DNA of 33,379 nt from a virus (lineage: Duplodnaviria > Caudoviricetes): positions 1-33,379 of IMG/VR virus record IMGVR_UViG_3300008255_001900; one strand, written 5' to 3'. A program made the translations under genes and the position numbers. Position 1 is the stretch's first letter. Each line of letters begins with the position of its first letter. The notes under the pieces are model-generated. The model made no database searches. It saw only the letters and a program-made list of their open reading frames with translations, and had not been told where the DNA came from. Shown here in pieces: positions 33,091 to 33,379 of the stretch.

Positions 33091-33303
33091 TTAGAATGAA
33101 TATAATGTTTTATTTAGCAATAATCTCGTTGCGCGTATGTCTTGCATAGAATCGTGAGCTTTAATATCGATACCAAAATGGTTACAAATTGTCGCCAGTT
33201 TATAGTTCTCAAGGTTAATTTTATTTCTATAATCCATATAGTGCACAATTTGCATTACGTCAAGTCCCGTTGTTTCAACATCGAAAAATAATGTTTTTTT
33301 CAT
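33091..33303 (-). pseudogene. DEDDh 3'-5' exonuclease with in-frame internal deletion
   Basis: ExoI FFDVETTGLD is joined directly to the C-terminal YKLATIC..HDSMQD (ExoIII). ExoII is absent and the ORF is only 70 aa. Confidence 0.8.
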
Positions 33304-33379
33304 ATGTTTGTCAAATCATTTGTAATTATTATAAAAAGCCTCTTGTTCATTCGCTAACCGATTACTGCTGTCTTTCCAA

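Noticed and set aside
1-33379. Stop-codon reassignment
   Set aside because: Long genes are intact in code 11, and TGA, TAG and TAA all end genes at tight overlaps.

Overview
This window is about 33 kb of a tailed dsDNA phage or prophage with a podovirus-like layout, read with the standard bacterial code. The + strand (1-27138) carries the late genes: terminase, portal, scaffold, major capsid, large ejection-type proteins, tail adaptor and nozzle, fibre and LamG proteins, a CHAP endolysin and a holin, interrupted by HNH endonucleases. The - strand (27416-33379) carries small early-type genes, RusA and three tandem-repeat proteins. Few SD motifs, leaderless promoters and a CAP-domain moron suggest a CPR/Patescibacteria-like host, but that is inference only. 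The main points of interest are: (1) a self-contained 6.2-kb cytoplasmic sugar-synthesis, methylation and glycosyltransferase operon right after the capsid gene, a candidate virion glycosylation system using an unusual sugar; (2) a recurring unit of a near-consensus sigma70 promoter, an 80-95 nt structured RNA and an intrinsic terminator at module boundaries; (3) a non-canonical tRNA-like cloverleaf with a perfect four-way junction; (4) an HNH motif inside the 1330-aa virion protein; (5) several remnants of lost mobile or nuclease genes and micro-duplications. All family calls come from motif recognition by eye. No searches or folding programs were run.
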